Assembly: GCF_009914755.1 (NCBI RefSeq)
Contig: NC_060925.1
Source: the human T2T-CHM13v2.0 reference genome, Homo sapiens
Length of the DNA: 64,000 nt
Reading direction: 5' to 3' (one strand)
In this document: positions 26,171 through 40,048 of the stretch, one piece after another
Layout: each line of letters starts with the position of its first letter
Position numbering within the stretch: the stretch's first letter is position 1
Notes under the pieces: generated by a model
What the model saw: the letters and a program-made list of their open reading frames with translations, nothing else
What the model was told of the DNA's origin: nothing
Databases searched by the model: none
Made by a program: the position numbers and the translations under genes

Positions 26171-27453
26171 ATTTTGACAAGCTTTACCTCAGTGCTGCTC
26201 AGTTTGCTGAAGCCTTGCCTCTGACAGCTGCCATGCTGCACAGCCTCAGGCCCGTCAGTAACTGTTTCATCACAGTGAGCCACCCACCACCAGCAGCCTG
26301 TCCTCTGATGCCGACCAGCTCCCTGTTGCCTCAAAATGCAACGTGTTCAGAAAACCAGTCCCAGATTCTCATTTCCTTGAGGGTTTCTTGCTTAGAATCT
26401 CTTCTGGTATGAGTTACTGTTCTAAATTGGGGACAACAGATTTCACTCTGGCTGATTTAAGCAGAAAGGAATTTATTAGAGGATATTACATAGAATCTTG
26501 GAGAGGGCCAAGACACTACATGGCCCAGAAGATCACAGTCAGGAGAAATACCTGAGCATCTCACAGGACAGATCTGGTGGAAATACCGCTCTGCTGTCCA
26601 CTCCTCAGGGAAGACATGCTAGAAACCCCCACAGCTGGCCCAGGGGACTTAATCCCCTTGGCCTACCACTGCTTTACATTTTTTTTTTAACTCTATAGCT
26701 CCTCTCTCCATCCCCTCCCCAGGTTCATGTGGGGATTCTCTTAGTGGAACTGGGTCTCACATGAACCCTAGCTGCAAAGGAGTCTGGCAAATGTGGTTAC
26801 ACACTTTCCAGTCTCTTTAGTGCAGGAAACAAACTCTGTCTTTGTCTCTAAGATAGCTTTTTCCTTGGTTCTCCAGCTCCCAGCAGAGGGACCTGCCCTT
26901 GCCACTGGGCATTCTTTTGTTGTTGACTGCCAAAGTGGAGGTTATTAAACCCAGGCATTGTCGAGGCAGACGTTCTGCTCAATGTCCTTAACATGTAATA
27001 TCTTCACAGGTGTAGAGGGTATGAAGAGCTCTCACATACTTTTTCTCTTTTAGTCCTCTCAATAAGCTTGAAAAGTTGTCATTATCATCCCCATTTTATA
27101 TTTGAGGAGATTGAAACTCAGGTTAAGTGAGTTCCCAAGGTCATAGAGCTGGTACATAGCAGATCCAGTATCCGAATCCTTTACTTCCATTCCCTACTCC
27201 CCACCCACATAGGTGGAACAATTTATTGCAACTTTAGTTTGTGGCTTGATCTCACTTTTATAACTAATCATCTCTTCCCCAGCTCAGGGCTACAACCAGT
27301 CCTTTGTGCAGCCTTGCCTTATACCAGATTTTGGTGAGAGATGGCACAGAGTAGCAGTTAGGGCATAGGTCCTTGAGTTAGAATGCTAGGAGCCACTTGT
27401 GAGCTGGGCTGACATTGGGCATGTTACCTTAACCAAAGTAGCTAATCATATGG

Positions 27454-27902
27454 TGCTATGGTCTGGATATTTGACCCCACCAAACCTCACGTGGATATTT
27501 GACCCCACCAAACCTCATGTTGAAATTTGATCCCCAGTGTTGGAGGGGGGGCCTAATGGGAGGTGTTTGGGTCATTGGGATGGATCCTGCACAAATGGCT
27601 TGATGCCATCCTCATGGTAATGAGTGAGTTCTCACTCTATTAGTTCCATGAGAGCTGGTTGTTTAAAAGAGCCTGGCACCTTCCTCATTTCTTTTGTGAT
27701 TTTGCTGTCTTGCTGTGTGATCCCTGCACACTCCAGGCAGGGATCCCAACATGAGTGGAAGTAGCTTGAGGCCCACACCAGATGTAAATGCCAGCACCAT
27801 GCTTCTTGTACAGCTTGCAGAACCATGAGCCAAATAAACCCTATTTTTTTTATAAATTACCCAGCCTCAGGCATTCCTTGTATAGCAACACAGACTGAGA
27901 CA
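27454..27902 (+). mobile_element. MSTB-like MaLR LTR with internal 28-bp tandem duplication, splitting a MIR
   Basis: tgctatgg...gtaatgagtgagttctcactct...agaaccatgagccaaataaacc...ttacccagcctcagg...gactgagaca. Confidence 0.85.
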
Positions 27903-29164
27903 ACTCATATACCCTACCTTGTTATCATCCAGACTGAGATAAGTAGCATCTATTACCTTAGTGACTTATAGACAGGATTAAATGAATGATCACAAATGAA
28001 GAGCTTAGAACATAGTAAAAGTACAGTGTACAGTAAACTTTACTGTTGCTACTGTTTGGGGTGGTAGAGCCAAAAGTATCAATTGTTAATCACTCAGAAG
28101 ACTATTCTCACACATTGTTGGCTTTTGTTTTGTCAAATTCTAGGTTCATTGATGAGATTGTGTTGGATTATCTTGGAGAAGGGGGCAGTGGGAGGAAAGT
28201 TGGAAGGAAAGCAGACTAAAGAGATGTGTTGGGGGTGGGGGGTCCACGATAGATGAGACTGGAGCCATCCTTCCCTATGGGACCCCAGGGAGGTGACAGA
28301 GCCTTAGGACAATGGCTGCAGGGTACCCTGAGAAGGTTGACTCTAAGCAGAGACCCTTCCCCAAATTGGCCTAGAAGCAGGGACCCATCACCCTTCCTGA
28401 ATCATGAGAATTGGTCAATGAGCATACCTGTGTAGACAGAATGTGTGAAGACCAGCAGACTCTCCTCTAAATGTTCTGCAATGTGGGAGACCCCAGAGTC
28501 TTTGCTTGCCTCTGATGGTGCATGGGCAAGGAAGCTTTAATATGGCAAATTGAATTTCCCTCTGGGCTGGTAGGATGGAGTTTTGGAGCAGATTACATTT
28601 AATCTGGACAAAGAAACGAGACCTTTTAAACACCGTATGTTGGAGAGCAAAATCTCTTACTCATGATACCCTATCTTGTTATCATCCAGAACGAAGTCCC
28701 AGCAAAACCAAAATTTAGGCCTTGGAAACCTAGGTCTCTATTCCTCTGGCCTTTTCTGGAGTACAGCCAGAAACCAAAGCTCTTTTCTCTTCCCTCTCAT
28801 TATCAGACTCACACCCCATTGAGGACCTGAATGAGTCAGGTAAACACAGATTCAGATCCCAGCTCTGCCACTTAGCAGCTGTGTGTGAGGTTAAGTCACC
28901 ACTAAAATGAAATAATTAAATTCCCTTCAAAGATCTGTCATGAGGATGGTGCAAGACAATGTAAGCTATGCCTGTAGGTTGTCGTGCAGTGTGGCTACTG
29001 TGCTCTTGTGCAGATTTAAGCCAGTGAAGTATGTGAAGGCTTCGCAGTGTGTTAGCTTGGCCGGGCAAAATTACATTATCCAGAATTCATTCTCCAGTGT
29101 GCTTCCAGATAGGGTAGGCCACAGGCGATAGTCTCTCATGAAAGTTGGAGGACAGAAGGAGGCA

Positions 29165-29506
29165 GGGCCATTTTGTCACATATACTCCCCTTCTTTCTCT
29201 TATTCAGTCAAACACTAATTTAGGTGCTGCTGTAAAGGGATTTTGCACATGTAATTACAGTCCCTAATCAGTTGACTTTAAATTAGGGAGATTATCCTGG
29301 GTGGGCCTGACTCAGTCAGTTGGAAGCCCTTTAAGGCTTAGCCCTTCCCTGAGAGGGACTCATGCCTGTGCGATTCAGCCTGCCATGACTTTCCCTTCCT
29401 GACCACCTGTGTAGCCAGCTCCTCACTTGCATAAGCCAATTTCCTGCAACAAATCCATATACATCTCCTACTGGCTCTGCTTCTCTGTGGACCTCTGACA
29501 GATACA
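29165..29506 (+). mobile_element. MLT2-family (MLT2D-like) ERVL LTR
   Basis: tcaaacactaatttaggtgctgctgtaaagg...aatcagttgacttt..gggagattatcctgggtgggcct...ctgacagataca. Confidence 0.7.
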
Positions 29507-30684
29507 GGGTGCCTCTCCTGGGACACAGAGTGGTAGGAGGCATTGGGGAACAAGGAATCAGGTGTGCCTGGTGGAGGAACCCCTGTGGAAGCCCCTGCAG
29601 TGGTGCCAGAGAGATGCACAGGCTATGGCAGGGCAAGCCCTGCCTCTGCCCACATGTCTACATTGTTTGTGGAGCCCTTGCTGTCTGTCTGCTGGCCTGG
29701 CACAAACACAGGGCCACATTATGGCATTGAAACACTGAGTGAGACAGGTGTCATTATCTCTGCTTTTCAGATAAAGAATCAGAGACTCAGAACTGAGTGA
29801 CTGGCCTGAAATCACTTGGCTAATAGGTGGTGGAAGTGAGTCCTGGCTTACCCAAGGGGCCCTCACAGCCACCCAGCAGCACTACTTGTCTTGTTAGCTG
29901 CTTTATAACTGCTCTGCCCCTGAGTGTCAAGTGTCTCTCATGCATGGGCCAGGCCCGAGCTGGAGATGGAGCCTTAATAATGTCGGCCAGACCCTTTCCC
30001 TGCCCTCCTGGGGCATCTAGTCCAGGGATGCCTCTCTAGGGGGTTTGTGGCTGCATCAGGGCTAACACTGGACCTGCAGGAAGCTGCTGAGCTGGCCTTC
30101 CTAGCTGGTCCTGGTTGCCCTGAGCAATACTCAGGCTTACTCCCTTCAGGTGAAGCCTCTGCGGAGGTAGGTGCTCTGGGCCTGCAGGAAGAATGGAGCC
30201 TCCTGGCACCAGCAGGAAGTGGGTGGCAGTCCCCCAGGGTCCCCTGGGCCTTGTTAGAGGCACTGATAATGACTCTGGAAAGTGCCCTCTTGAGGGAGGC
30301 CTTGAGGAAGAGGTGTGCAGAACCCAAGGGATTACCTTCCACCTTTCCCTGCACGCTGCATCCAGCTAAGCCCTCCTGCCCATCCAGCCCTGAGGGGGCC
30401 CTCTACAGATGTGGGGAAACTGAGGCAGGTAGCTCTTCAGCATCGGCTAGAGTGATGTGTCTCAACACCCATCACAGCAAAACTGACAGGAGAGTATTTC
30501 CTGATCTGGGTGGTAAATTGCTTAGTTTTAAAACATTAAAACTCAGTTTATCTATTCTGGCTATCTGTATAGATCAAAGACAAGCTCCTGGCTTCTCCCT
30601 GCTTACTATGATATGTGTAGACCAGCTTCTTCCTCATTGACTCAGTAAATATTATTTGAGGGTCCATCATGTGCATGCACCCCG

Positions 30685-30960
30685 CAGCAAGGCAAGGCAC
30701 TCGACCAGCTGAGGTGCTTGCTGAGGGCAAAGCGAGCATGAACTGGCCAGTGGAAGAGGTGGTCATAAGCCCCTGCTAGGGCCACATGGCTGGTTGTAGA
30801 AACAAGGACTGTATTTCCTAATGAATATGTTTTTACATGCATTTCCAGTAAGCACTTTTGTTTTCTTTCCCTCCCTCATTTCCTACCATTTAACATAAGA
30901 TGCTTTGATAGTAGTTAACGTTCTATCTCAGAACTTAAGTTACAGGATATTAAAGGGGGG
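30685..30960 (+). mobile_element. ERVL internal fragment (3' end of pol region)
   Basis: ccagctgaggtgcttgctgagggcaaag translates PAEVLAEGK..W.VEE, resembling the HERV-L pol C-terminus as I recall it. Confidence 0.6.
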
Positions 30961-32140
30961 AGTGTGAATTAATCGGAGAAGAATGAATATCAAACAGTTA
31001 AAAGTTCCTACTCTGATTCAGCTTACATTCTAGTCAGGAAAAGAAATAAAGAAACAAATAAATAAAATATATAGGTATCAGTTAGTGATAAATGATAAAA
31101 AAATAAAGCAGGGAAGAGGGACAAGGAGCATGCGTGTGCACATGTGCATGCGTGTGTGTGTGTGCAAGTGCAGGTGTGTGCATGTACGTGTGTGTGTGTG
31201 TGTAATTTTGAACAGGGTGGGTGGGGAGAGAAGACCTTTCTAGAGGTGACATTTGAGCAATGGGAGAGAGCAGGTGCCAAGGTCCTGGGGGAGTGGCATT
31301 AGAGGAGGCCTGCTGTGGCTAGAACAGGAAGAAGGAGGCAGAGCACAGCCTGGCATCAGTTGAGGGGTCATGGGGGCTGGATCACACAGGGCTCATGCTA
31401 AGGACTTTGGTTTTTACCCCAGGTGAAATGAGGAACAGGACAAAACTTTGAGCTGAGGAGTGGCATGTTCTGACTGACTTAGGTTTTCATTCTAATGTCT
31501 TAGCCGCCCTGAAGCCTGACCCTGCACGTGGCCATCTAGATAAGGAGGACTGTCCCCCTGGACAGTCACATGGCACTGGCTGCCTCCTGCTTCCCACCCA
31601 GACCTATTGTAGGAGTGTCAGAAGCCTGAGGTCCATGACTTTGTGGACAGGTTGCCAGAGAAGGGGAGTGTGGTGGTGCCTCTGCCTCCTAGCCCAGGGC
31701 TCCAGCCCTTTGTTGGCTTTGTAAGGTTTTTGAAATGCTGATGTGCAAATGAACCTTGTTTGATTTGATTCCATGAGCATGAGCCAGGGCCTTCTTCTGG
31801 GGCAGGGCTGAGCTGAACCCTGAGGTTGCAGAGATGCCCAAGGTGCCTCTCTACAAATAGGAGCCTTGTAGAAGGAGACAGACCTGTCTGTGACACACTC
31901 ACATGTAGTGTGAAGGGGCTCTTCACATCAGAGGAGGGAGCAACCATGGTGCTGGGGGTGGGGAGTGAGTGGGGGATTTAGAGAGTGGACCACACTGGAG
32001 CTGGAGTGTTAAAGGCTGACCAGAAGGAGGGAACACCACGAACAAGACCCAGACATGAACGTGTGTGGAAGAGTCTCAACCTCAAAATAGATGGGAAGTC
32101 AATTAAGTGTTCTTTATTTTCTAAAACAGCTTAGATTCTT

Positions 32141-32458
32141 TCTGTCTCTCCCTCTTTCTCTCTCTTTTTTTTTTTTTTTGAGACAGAGTCTCACTCTGTC
32201 ACCCAGACTGGAGTGCAGTGGTGCAATCTCAGCTCACCACAACCTCCACCTCCCGGGTTCAAGCAATTCTCTTCCCTCAGCCTCCGGAGTAGCTGAGATT
32301 ATAGGCACGTGCCACCACACCCGGCTAATTTTTGTATTTTAGTAGAGACGGGGTTTCCATGTTGGCCAGGCTGGTCTGTAGCTCCTGGCCTCAAGTAATC
32401 CTCCCGCCTCGGCCTCCCAAAGTGCTGGGATTACAGGTGTGAGCCACCACGCCCAGCC
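32141..32458 (-). mobile_element. AluSx/Sz
   Basis: TC/T tail, both arms, ends gagccaccacgcccagcc. Confidence 0.95.
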
Positions 32459-33029
32459 TAAATTCTTTTGACTTTGTTGCTGCAGGGGAGTGAAAACTTA
32501 ACCTTGGTAATTTTGGGTGGGGACATTTGCCTTTGCCATTGTCTGGTCCTGAAGGTCTGTTCCGGTTGTCTCGGAAAGCCCTAATCCGTGACTAGCCCTT
32601 GCAGCCTGTGGCTCCTCTGCTCCTTTGACCCCAGTCTGAGGGGGATGCTGGGGCATCTGAGAGCAAGCCGGAGGGAAGTCTGGTCTCTGAGAACCACATG
32701 CTGCAGAGGATTCAGGGGCCCTCTGTGACATCCACCACCCGTGACTCTTTGGGCCTTTGGGGTATGGTTTGGGAAATCCTGTCCCCAGCACACTGTGTCC
32801 TAGCCAGATGCTCTGGGCAGGGGTGGGAGTGGGGAAGGGAGCACCGGACCAGCTGTGAGAAATTTCCCCACGTCCCCTCTTGGAGTCCCTTCCTTCTCTA
32901 GGTGCTGGCCACTCTCAGGAGTGTGTGCATGGTGGGAGCATATGGGGAAGGTGGCGGGGGGCGGTGTTTGCAGATGTTCTGGCCAAGGGAGCCTCTGAAT
33001 GGGGCATTGGGGACCCCGAGACCTCTCAG

Positions 33030-33830
33030 CAGGCATTCTAGAGGCTCGTCGGCTGCCCTGCTGTTTGGATACTCTACAGAGCCGGGATTTATGTCCCTTC
33101 CCGGCTCCCACGCCTCTTGCTGGGGAGGGTGGCTCATTTTTCACGGGTGCCGCGTGACTTTCCAGACTGTATTTTCAGCCTCGGTTTGACGTCAGGCTCT
33201 CACGGTCCCAAAGGATGGGCTTTGTACATTTCCAGGCCGCAGACCGGAGCCTCCCATCCCTTTGGGCCTCTTGGGCGGTCCCTACGGCCACCTCCCGCAG
33301 CTCCCTGGGGGCGGGGGACCGCTGGATGAGGGAGGAGGGGAGGTACTGGGGGGAAAGGGCGGTTGGCGGGAAGGAAGTCCAGGTGAGACAGGCCCGCGTT
33401 GGGACTATCGTGCGCGGTATGTCGGCCGGCAGGTGGGGCTGGTCCGGGCGCAGGAGGCGGTAGAGCAGGAGCAGCAGGGGGAGCCAGGCTGGCCGAGCTG
33501 GTGGGTGAGCACGTTTGTCTCAGGCAGCTCATCGCCTGACACCCCCGGGAACGGGCTCTGCCCCAAGGCCTAAAATGAGGGAAGATGAGGAAATGGGGGT
33601 GGGGACGATGGAGAGGATGGAAGGGGCGGCGGGGGGGTGCGGTGGTCTGCGCGGTACAGCAGCGTCCCTGCGGGTTCCCCTCATTTAGTCCTCAAAACAA
33701 CCTTGCCGCGGGTTGTGGTTGTCTCTTTTCACAGACGGAGAAAAATTGTTGCGGGAGACTGCTCTTGGCCTCCCCTCAGCTTTTGTTCAGCATTGAAGGG
33801 GCAACATCTGTTCTCAGAGTTGGGCGCCCA
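33030..33830. promoter_or_regulatory. Orphan CpG-rich island with palindromic CRE and GC box
   Basis: Local CpG enrichment in a CpG-poor background. TGACGTCA at 33187-33194, GGGGCGGGG at 33308-33316, donor-like CAG|GTGAGA (33380-33388) and TGG|GTGAGC (33502-33510). Confidence 0.6.
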
Positions 33831-34580
33831 GGTGTGCCTGAATTTCATCACAGCCGCCCCAAAGTGCTGACCATGGCTGTGTCTGGGTGTCTCCATCCTC
33901 ATCCCGTCTGTGAACTAGGGCTCCACCTGGGTCAGGTACCCCAAATACTGTCAGGAGACTTCAGTTCCAGTTTCTGCCCTAACACTTTCTGTGCGACTCC
34001 AGGACAGTCATTTAACTCTCTGGGCCTCAACAGCCCCATTGCTTTGTGCTTAATTAGGTAAACATGTCCTGGGCTGAGGAAATTTTCTCTGCAGCCTAGG
34101 CCCCATGCTGCTCCTCATCCCACACCTGCTCTCTGGTTAATGTCATCCTTGGCCCTTGGCAGTCCCCGAGAAGGACCGCTGGAGTGGTCCTTCAGCCCTC
34201 CCTTGCCCTTACCCAATCCAGGCAGCTGCCAGGTGCTGCTGCGTGTGCCCCTTAAATACCCTGCATTCAGGGTCCTGAATGCTGCCCTCAGCTCTGGCAC
34301 TCACGGCAGCCATCTGACTGGCCTCTCGCTTCACCCCCCTGCCCCCCAACCACCACCTGCAGCTCATCCTCTGGCTTAAAAAAATCTCCTATTCACTCAT
34401 GGAGTAAATTCATTACCTACCTCAGCAGGCAGTGGAGGGGGTTAGGCGGGATGATGGACAGAAAGTACCGCACACCAGGCCTGGTGTTTGGTAGATGCCT
34501 TTCTTCAAGGCTAGTTTTTTTTCTTACCAGTCCCTCTTTCTGCTATGAAAAGGATCAAGTGATCTGAAAATGTGAGTGTC

Positions 34581-34898
<318 letters not shown>

Positions 34899-35061
34899 GA
34901 AAATGTGAGTGTCACTGTGACACAGCCGGATTCCTGAGCCTCCCTTCTCACCTGTCTACCTGTCATGGTACCCCAATCCCCACCCCAGAGGCTGGGGCTT
35001 TAAAACAGTCTATCACCCAGTTCCCATCACATGGCCTGGGGCCAGGCTCTCGTGGCCCCCT

Positions 35062-35340
35062 GGGTGGTAGTATGCCAAAGTGGTTAAGCACAGAGGCTTT
35101 GGACTCCAACCCCAGTTCTGCCACTAAGTAGCTGTGTGACCTGGGCCAAGTTGCTTAATCTCTGTGTGCTTCAGCCTCTTTACCTGTAAAATGGGGGTGA
35201 TATTAGATACTACACTTCATAGGCTTGTTATGAGAATTACATTAATTTATATATGTAAAGCAGTTAGAACAGTGCCTGGCAAAAAAAAAAAAAAAAAAAA
35301 GCAACCCACAAAGAAGCATTCAACAAATATTAGTTAGCTT
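35062..35340 (+). mobile_element. MIR containing an A20 run (35281-35300)
   Basis: gtggttaagcac..ggctttgg...agctgtgtgacctgggccaagttgcttaatctctgtgtgcttcag...ctgtaaaatggg...agaacagtgcctggc. Confidence 0.85.
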
Positions 35341-35461
35341 TTGTAATTATTGCCTAGAGTATAATAATAACCTCCCAAATGGTGTCTTCCTGCTTCCAGT
35401 TTTGTTCCCTCCAATACATTCTCCACTCACTGCCCAGAGAACTTTCTCTGTTGGTCCCATG

Positions 35462-35550
35462 CAGGATTCCCAGATAAAAGACAGGATGGTCAGTTCCGTT
35501 CAAATTTAACTGGATGTCTGGTATTCTTATTTGCTAAATTTGGTAAATCT
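35462..35550 (+). mobile_element. Internally deleted MER53-like hAT MITE
   Basis: ccagataaaa.acagga...cagtt joined to ttcaaatttaactgg..gtctggtatt..tatttgctaaatttggtaa, i.e. both MER53 ends. Confidence 0.55.
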
Positions 35551-36779
35551 ACACCCATGCTTAAAATTTTCCCCTGGTTCTCCATTACCTTTAAAATAAA
35601 ATCTAAGCTTTGTAGCATAACATTCAAGCTCTCCATGCTTCAAGCCCCTGCCTTCACCATTTAATCTTGTCTCTTTATTTCTTATCACCCACAGCCCCCT
35701 CATCTTCTGCTCCAGCCACTTCCAGCTGCCTTCCTGGAATCCCAGAGACTGAATCAGAGCATTTTGGAGCTAGGCAGACCACCTGCCACATTTTCAGCTG
35801 AGGCAGTTGGGGCCCAGAGAGGTTAAGGGCCTGCCCAATGCCACACAGCCAGTGGGTAAGGCCTACAGTGCTCTTACCAGGACCTCAAACCTTCATTCTG
35901 AAACACCAAAAGCTGCCATCAGACCAGAGAAGGACCCTCTTGAAATAAACATATTAGCTTTGAAATCCCTGGCCTCAGGAGGACCAGCCATGTGCTTCTC
36001 ATTTGCAGAGTAGAGGGGAGGCTGGATCTGCTGGCCTGGAGCAGTTCCTAGGGACTGGCCTGGCAGGCCGGAATGCCCAAGAGGTTTTGAGGGGGCAGGA
36101 GAGATGACCTGGAAATGTTTAGGATACCTAGTTTATAGAAGAGTGCTTCTGGGACTTAGAGGCTGGAAAAGCAAGGCCCTATTTGCAGACCTGTACTTGG
36201 GGGTTCAGCCTCGAATGGAAACTTATTTCCTTGACTCCAGGCAGCTGAGAGTGAGGACACATTAGGCTGGGGATTCTGAAATGGGCAGAATAATCCTCGG
36301 GGGCAAACACTGAGTGGAAGTCATCTTGATGGGAGGGGATGCCTTTCCCACGGGGCACCTGGGCAGGTCTCACCATTCTGCAGTCACCCCCAGCATAAAA
36401 TATGAAGTGGAACAGCTTCCCTGCCAGATCCCTGGGAGGCTCTGGCTCCGTTACAGCGACTCGATGAAAATATCTCTGCTCAGTGCTGAGAACTTGGTCT
36501 TAGTAATTGACTTGTATAATGTCCAAAGACTATGCATGTAACTGGCCCAAAGTGATGCATCATCTTTCGCAAAAAGATTCATCATGGAATCTGCAGCAGC
36601 CTCCCATTTGTCTGGAGCAGAAATAGGAACAACTCCCCTTGCCAGGAGTCATCCTTTGTCTTCAAAGCAAATTCCTCCATGGTTGGAAGCTTCCTGGGCC
36701 CAGGCTGAGGCCTATGGCCAACTTCCTGGCCAAGGTCCCAGAGTCCCAGCATGTCTATCTCAGGAACCTCAGCCACAGG

Positions 36780-38220
36780 CAGCAGCTCACAGAACGTGGA
36801 GCACTGGGTTTAGGAGTCCTGAGTTCTAGGACTGACTCTGCCATCAGCTGGCTTGTGACCTTGGACAAGTCACTGAATACCCCCGGGCTTTTCCTTCTCC
36901 ATCTGTAAGATGGAATTTGTGATTTCTGCTTGAACTATCTCACAGGAGAAATGGATGAGGAATTACCCATCACCCACTGTGTAGAGGGGCCCCATAGTAT
37001 CATGGTTTAGAGCATGGGCTTTGGGATCCGAAGGATCTAGGGTCAAATCCCAGCTCTGTTGTTTGGTGATGTCACATTGGACGAGTTTCTTAACCTGTTG
37101 AGAAAGTGGGGACACTAACAGTATCTACTCTGTAACGTTGTAAGGAATAAAATGAACGGATGCACAAGGAGCGCTTAGATTATGCACTCGGGTATTAGCT
37201 GGAGCTTTCATTGTGTACCCAGCTGCCTGGGAGCAAACAGGAAGCATGAGTGCAAATGTTTGTTGTTATAAAACAGCTCCATCACTACATGTCATATCAT
37301 TTAAACGAACCCTTCAGTAACTCAAGATGACGAAACTGAGATTGGAGAAGGTAACGACTCACACAAGGTCACCCACCCAGTCAGTGGCAAAGGCAAGCTT
37401 TCAACCCATTTCGAACTGAGTCCAGGGCTTGTGTTTTTCCTGACACACACTGGCTTATAATGTAGTTGGAGTAGTTGGAGAGAGTCAAGATGTTCAAGTG
37501 AGTAACAGTAAGGATGCAGAGCAGCGATGTGCAGCATGTGTAAGCATGGGACTGTAGGGGCTTGGGCTTATTTTCCACTTTTGCCACCTTTTAGCTGTGT
37601 GATCATGGACAAGTCACTTACCCTCTCCAAGTCTCATATATGTCAGATTCTTGGTACAGTAAATGGTGTTCCATGAGATACTTCTCACTGTTGCTGTTAA
37701 AGGCAGGGTGTGCTGTGTGCTGAAGGATGGTGCTGTGGCCACGCATAAGTGCTGGAAGAGTTGGCCTGTGGAACATCACTCTGGGTTGGAGGTGATCAGG
37801 CAAGATAGGTAGGAATGACATTTAAATGGGACTTTGAAGGACAGAGAGGCTTTGGATGAGTGGAGCCAAGTGGGAGGACCTCCTGGGCAGAAGGGATGAT
37901 GCACAGAAAGGAGCTAGGTATGAAGTCTCAGGAAAATTCGAGGTGAGGTGGAAGCTGGAAACCCACGAGGAAATGCTCCCATTCATCCGCCTACTGTAAT
38001 AGAAGCTACTACCTTCAAAATCACTTTCTATGTGCCACTTTGTAATCATCGCGTCTACTGTTCACAGCCATTCATCAGGGCAGGTGACATTATCCCCTTT
38101 TGCAAGATAAGCAGCTGAGGCTCAGATAGACTAAAGAAGGTCCCCAAGGCCACGAAAGTAAGTGACACAGCCAGGACTCAGATTCAGGTCTGTCTCCAAG
38201 GTGTGCCCTGTCTGCACTGG
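36780..38220. mobile_element. Cluster of ~5 MIR fragments in both orientations
   Basis: Repeated cores such as gtgaccttggacaagtcact (36856), gtgatcatggacaagtcactta (37599), gaaactgagatt..caaggtcac (37332), gctgaggctcag (38114). Confidence 0.65.
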
Positions 38221-40034
38221 CATACTAAATACCAACCCCTCCCGGGCCCACCAAGATGACTTTGTGCTTCCATTCAATGCCCCTTGTTATAAGCCAGGGG
38301 AGGGGTTTATAGAATTAGGTTGGGCATTGTCTCAGGACTCCAGCAGCTTGCAGTTCTGGTAAACACACACAGCATGGGTGCTCAGCTGGTTGAGAAGCAC
38401 AGAGGAAGTGTGGCATTCACACGGGCTGGCACAGCCTCCCTTATCAGACTACGTGCTGTCACCCTTCCAGGTGGGAGGAGGCTGTGATGGTCAGTCTACT
38501 CTGCCGGCAAACAGATGTTGGGGTGGGGGCAGGTGAGGTGCTCTGCCCTCTGCTTCATCCCTGCCTTCTGCCCTTACCCCTAAGATCCACCAGGATGGCA
38601 TAAGTGAAGAAGGAGAGAGGAAGAGCCTCAGGCTGGGACACTCTGGCTGCTACCAGGCTCCAGCATGGGGAATTTTAACCTCCGTGAAGCCTGCTGGACT
38701 GCTGTCTCAAGACCAGGTGGTGATAAAGCTCACAACGGCTGCTGACGGTCTTCCGGCCCCGTGATGATGTCTGCTTTGTTCTTGGTCTCTTTCAGGAATA
38801 TTTCAATGCAAGTATTTTTTTGTCTTCTCTGAATCCATCTCTTCCTGGACCCTCACTGCCAGCTGCTTGCGCCCACGTGATTGAACCATATGAATCAGCT
38901 ATGCGGTTGGCAGCCGACCTATCTGAAGGCTTGGCCACCTCAGTCAAATATACTCTCCCCTACCCCGCCCACTTAATTCCTGCTCCACTATCTGATGCCC
39001 CTGAGAATGCTCCTTCTCATCTGCCTGCCAGGCCACCTCCTTCTCCTCACCTCCTCCTGGAAGCCTTCCCCAACTCCAGTGGCCTGTCCTATTTCTAGAC
39101 CTGAGAACTCCCTAGAGCATAGCTTGTTGGGTAACAAGATTCTCTTCTACTTTCTTATCCATACGTACGTAAGCATGGGAGGTCTGTGAAGGCAGGAAGC
39201 GTTCTTTTCCTGCCTCTTCATCTTATCCCCAACACCCAGCAAGGAAGGGTACAGGACTTGATGATGTTTGAGGGATTCAGCAGTGGAGGCAGATCTGAGA
39301 CATTCTGATCAAAAAGAGATTTCCATAGATTACCAAGGATGACGTCTAGCTTTGCTCAATAATGCAAGACCTCTCACGATTTATTAGCCACTGTCTCCCA
39401 CATTTATTGGCCAAGGGGCCAGGACTGAGCCTTCGCACAGATGAAATGATCTGTTTTTACCTCCTTTGGAGGACCTATGACTCCAGCTGTGTTGAATCAC
39501 CTGGGTGCAAAGGTACCTAAAGTTCCACTCATCAGAGTCACACTTAAATCTGTGGCCCACCACAGACCCCAGCCCAGAGGCCCCAGTTAGATGGAGAGGA
39601 ATCTGACAATGACAAATAGCCTGGTTCTTGCCCCAGTTTTGCAACTGACTTGCTGTGTGACCTTGGAAGAGTTAGTCCACCTTTCTGAGTCTTCTTGTTT
39701 TCATCTGTATAATCAAGGGTGGTGGCCTAGAGGATTGTTACGATGCTTTCCAGGTCTAAACCTTTGATTCTCTGACTCAAAGGCAAGGCTTCTTGAATAA
39801 ATATATTCCTCTCCTGACAGCCAGCCTGGGGAAATAGATAATTCTGTCAGAGCATCCTTGCACTAAACCTAGAGCTCTGCAGTCTCCCCCAAGGCTGGAA
39901 ACTTTATCTTTATTCATTGTTCATCCTCGTTCTCCCTCTCTTTGGCTCTCCCTCCAGCCGTGTTTTGCTACCCCACCCCCAATCCAGGACACTGCAACCT
40001 GTCATGAATGAAGAGTGGCTGGTCACATGGCCCG

Positions 40035-40048
40035 GTCACCATGGCGAC
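40035..40048. promoter_or_regulatory. RFX X-box candidate
   Basis: GTCACCATGGCGAC fits the palindromic GTYRCCATGGYRAC consensus and sits in a small CpG-retaining patch. Confidence 0.45.

Noticed and set aside
30047-30640. 197-aa ORF with protein-like composition
   Set aside because: GTG start, no recognisable homology, no promoter or splice support, and it runs into repeat-derived sequence.
31128-31203. Alternating purine-pyrimidine tracts (also 3847-3890) as Z-DNA elements
   Set aside because: Ordinary degenerate (TG)n microsatellites with no supporting context.
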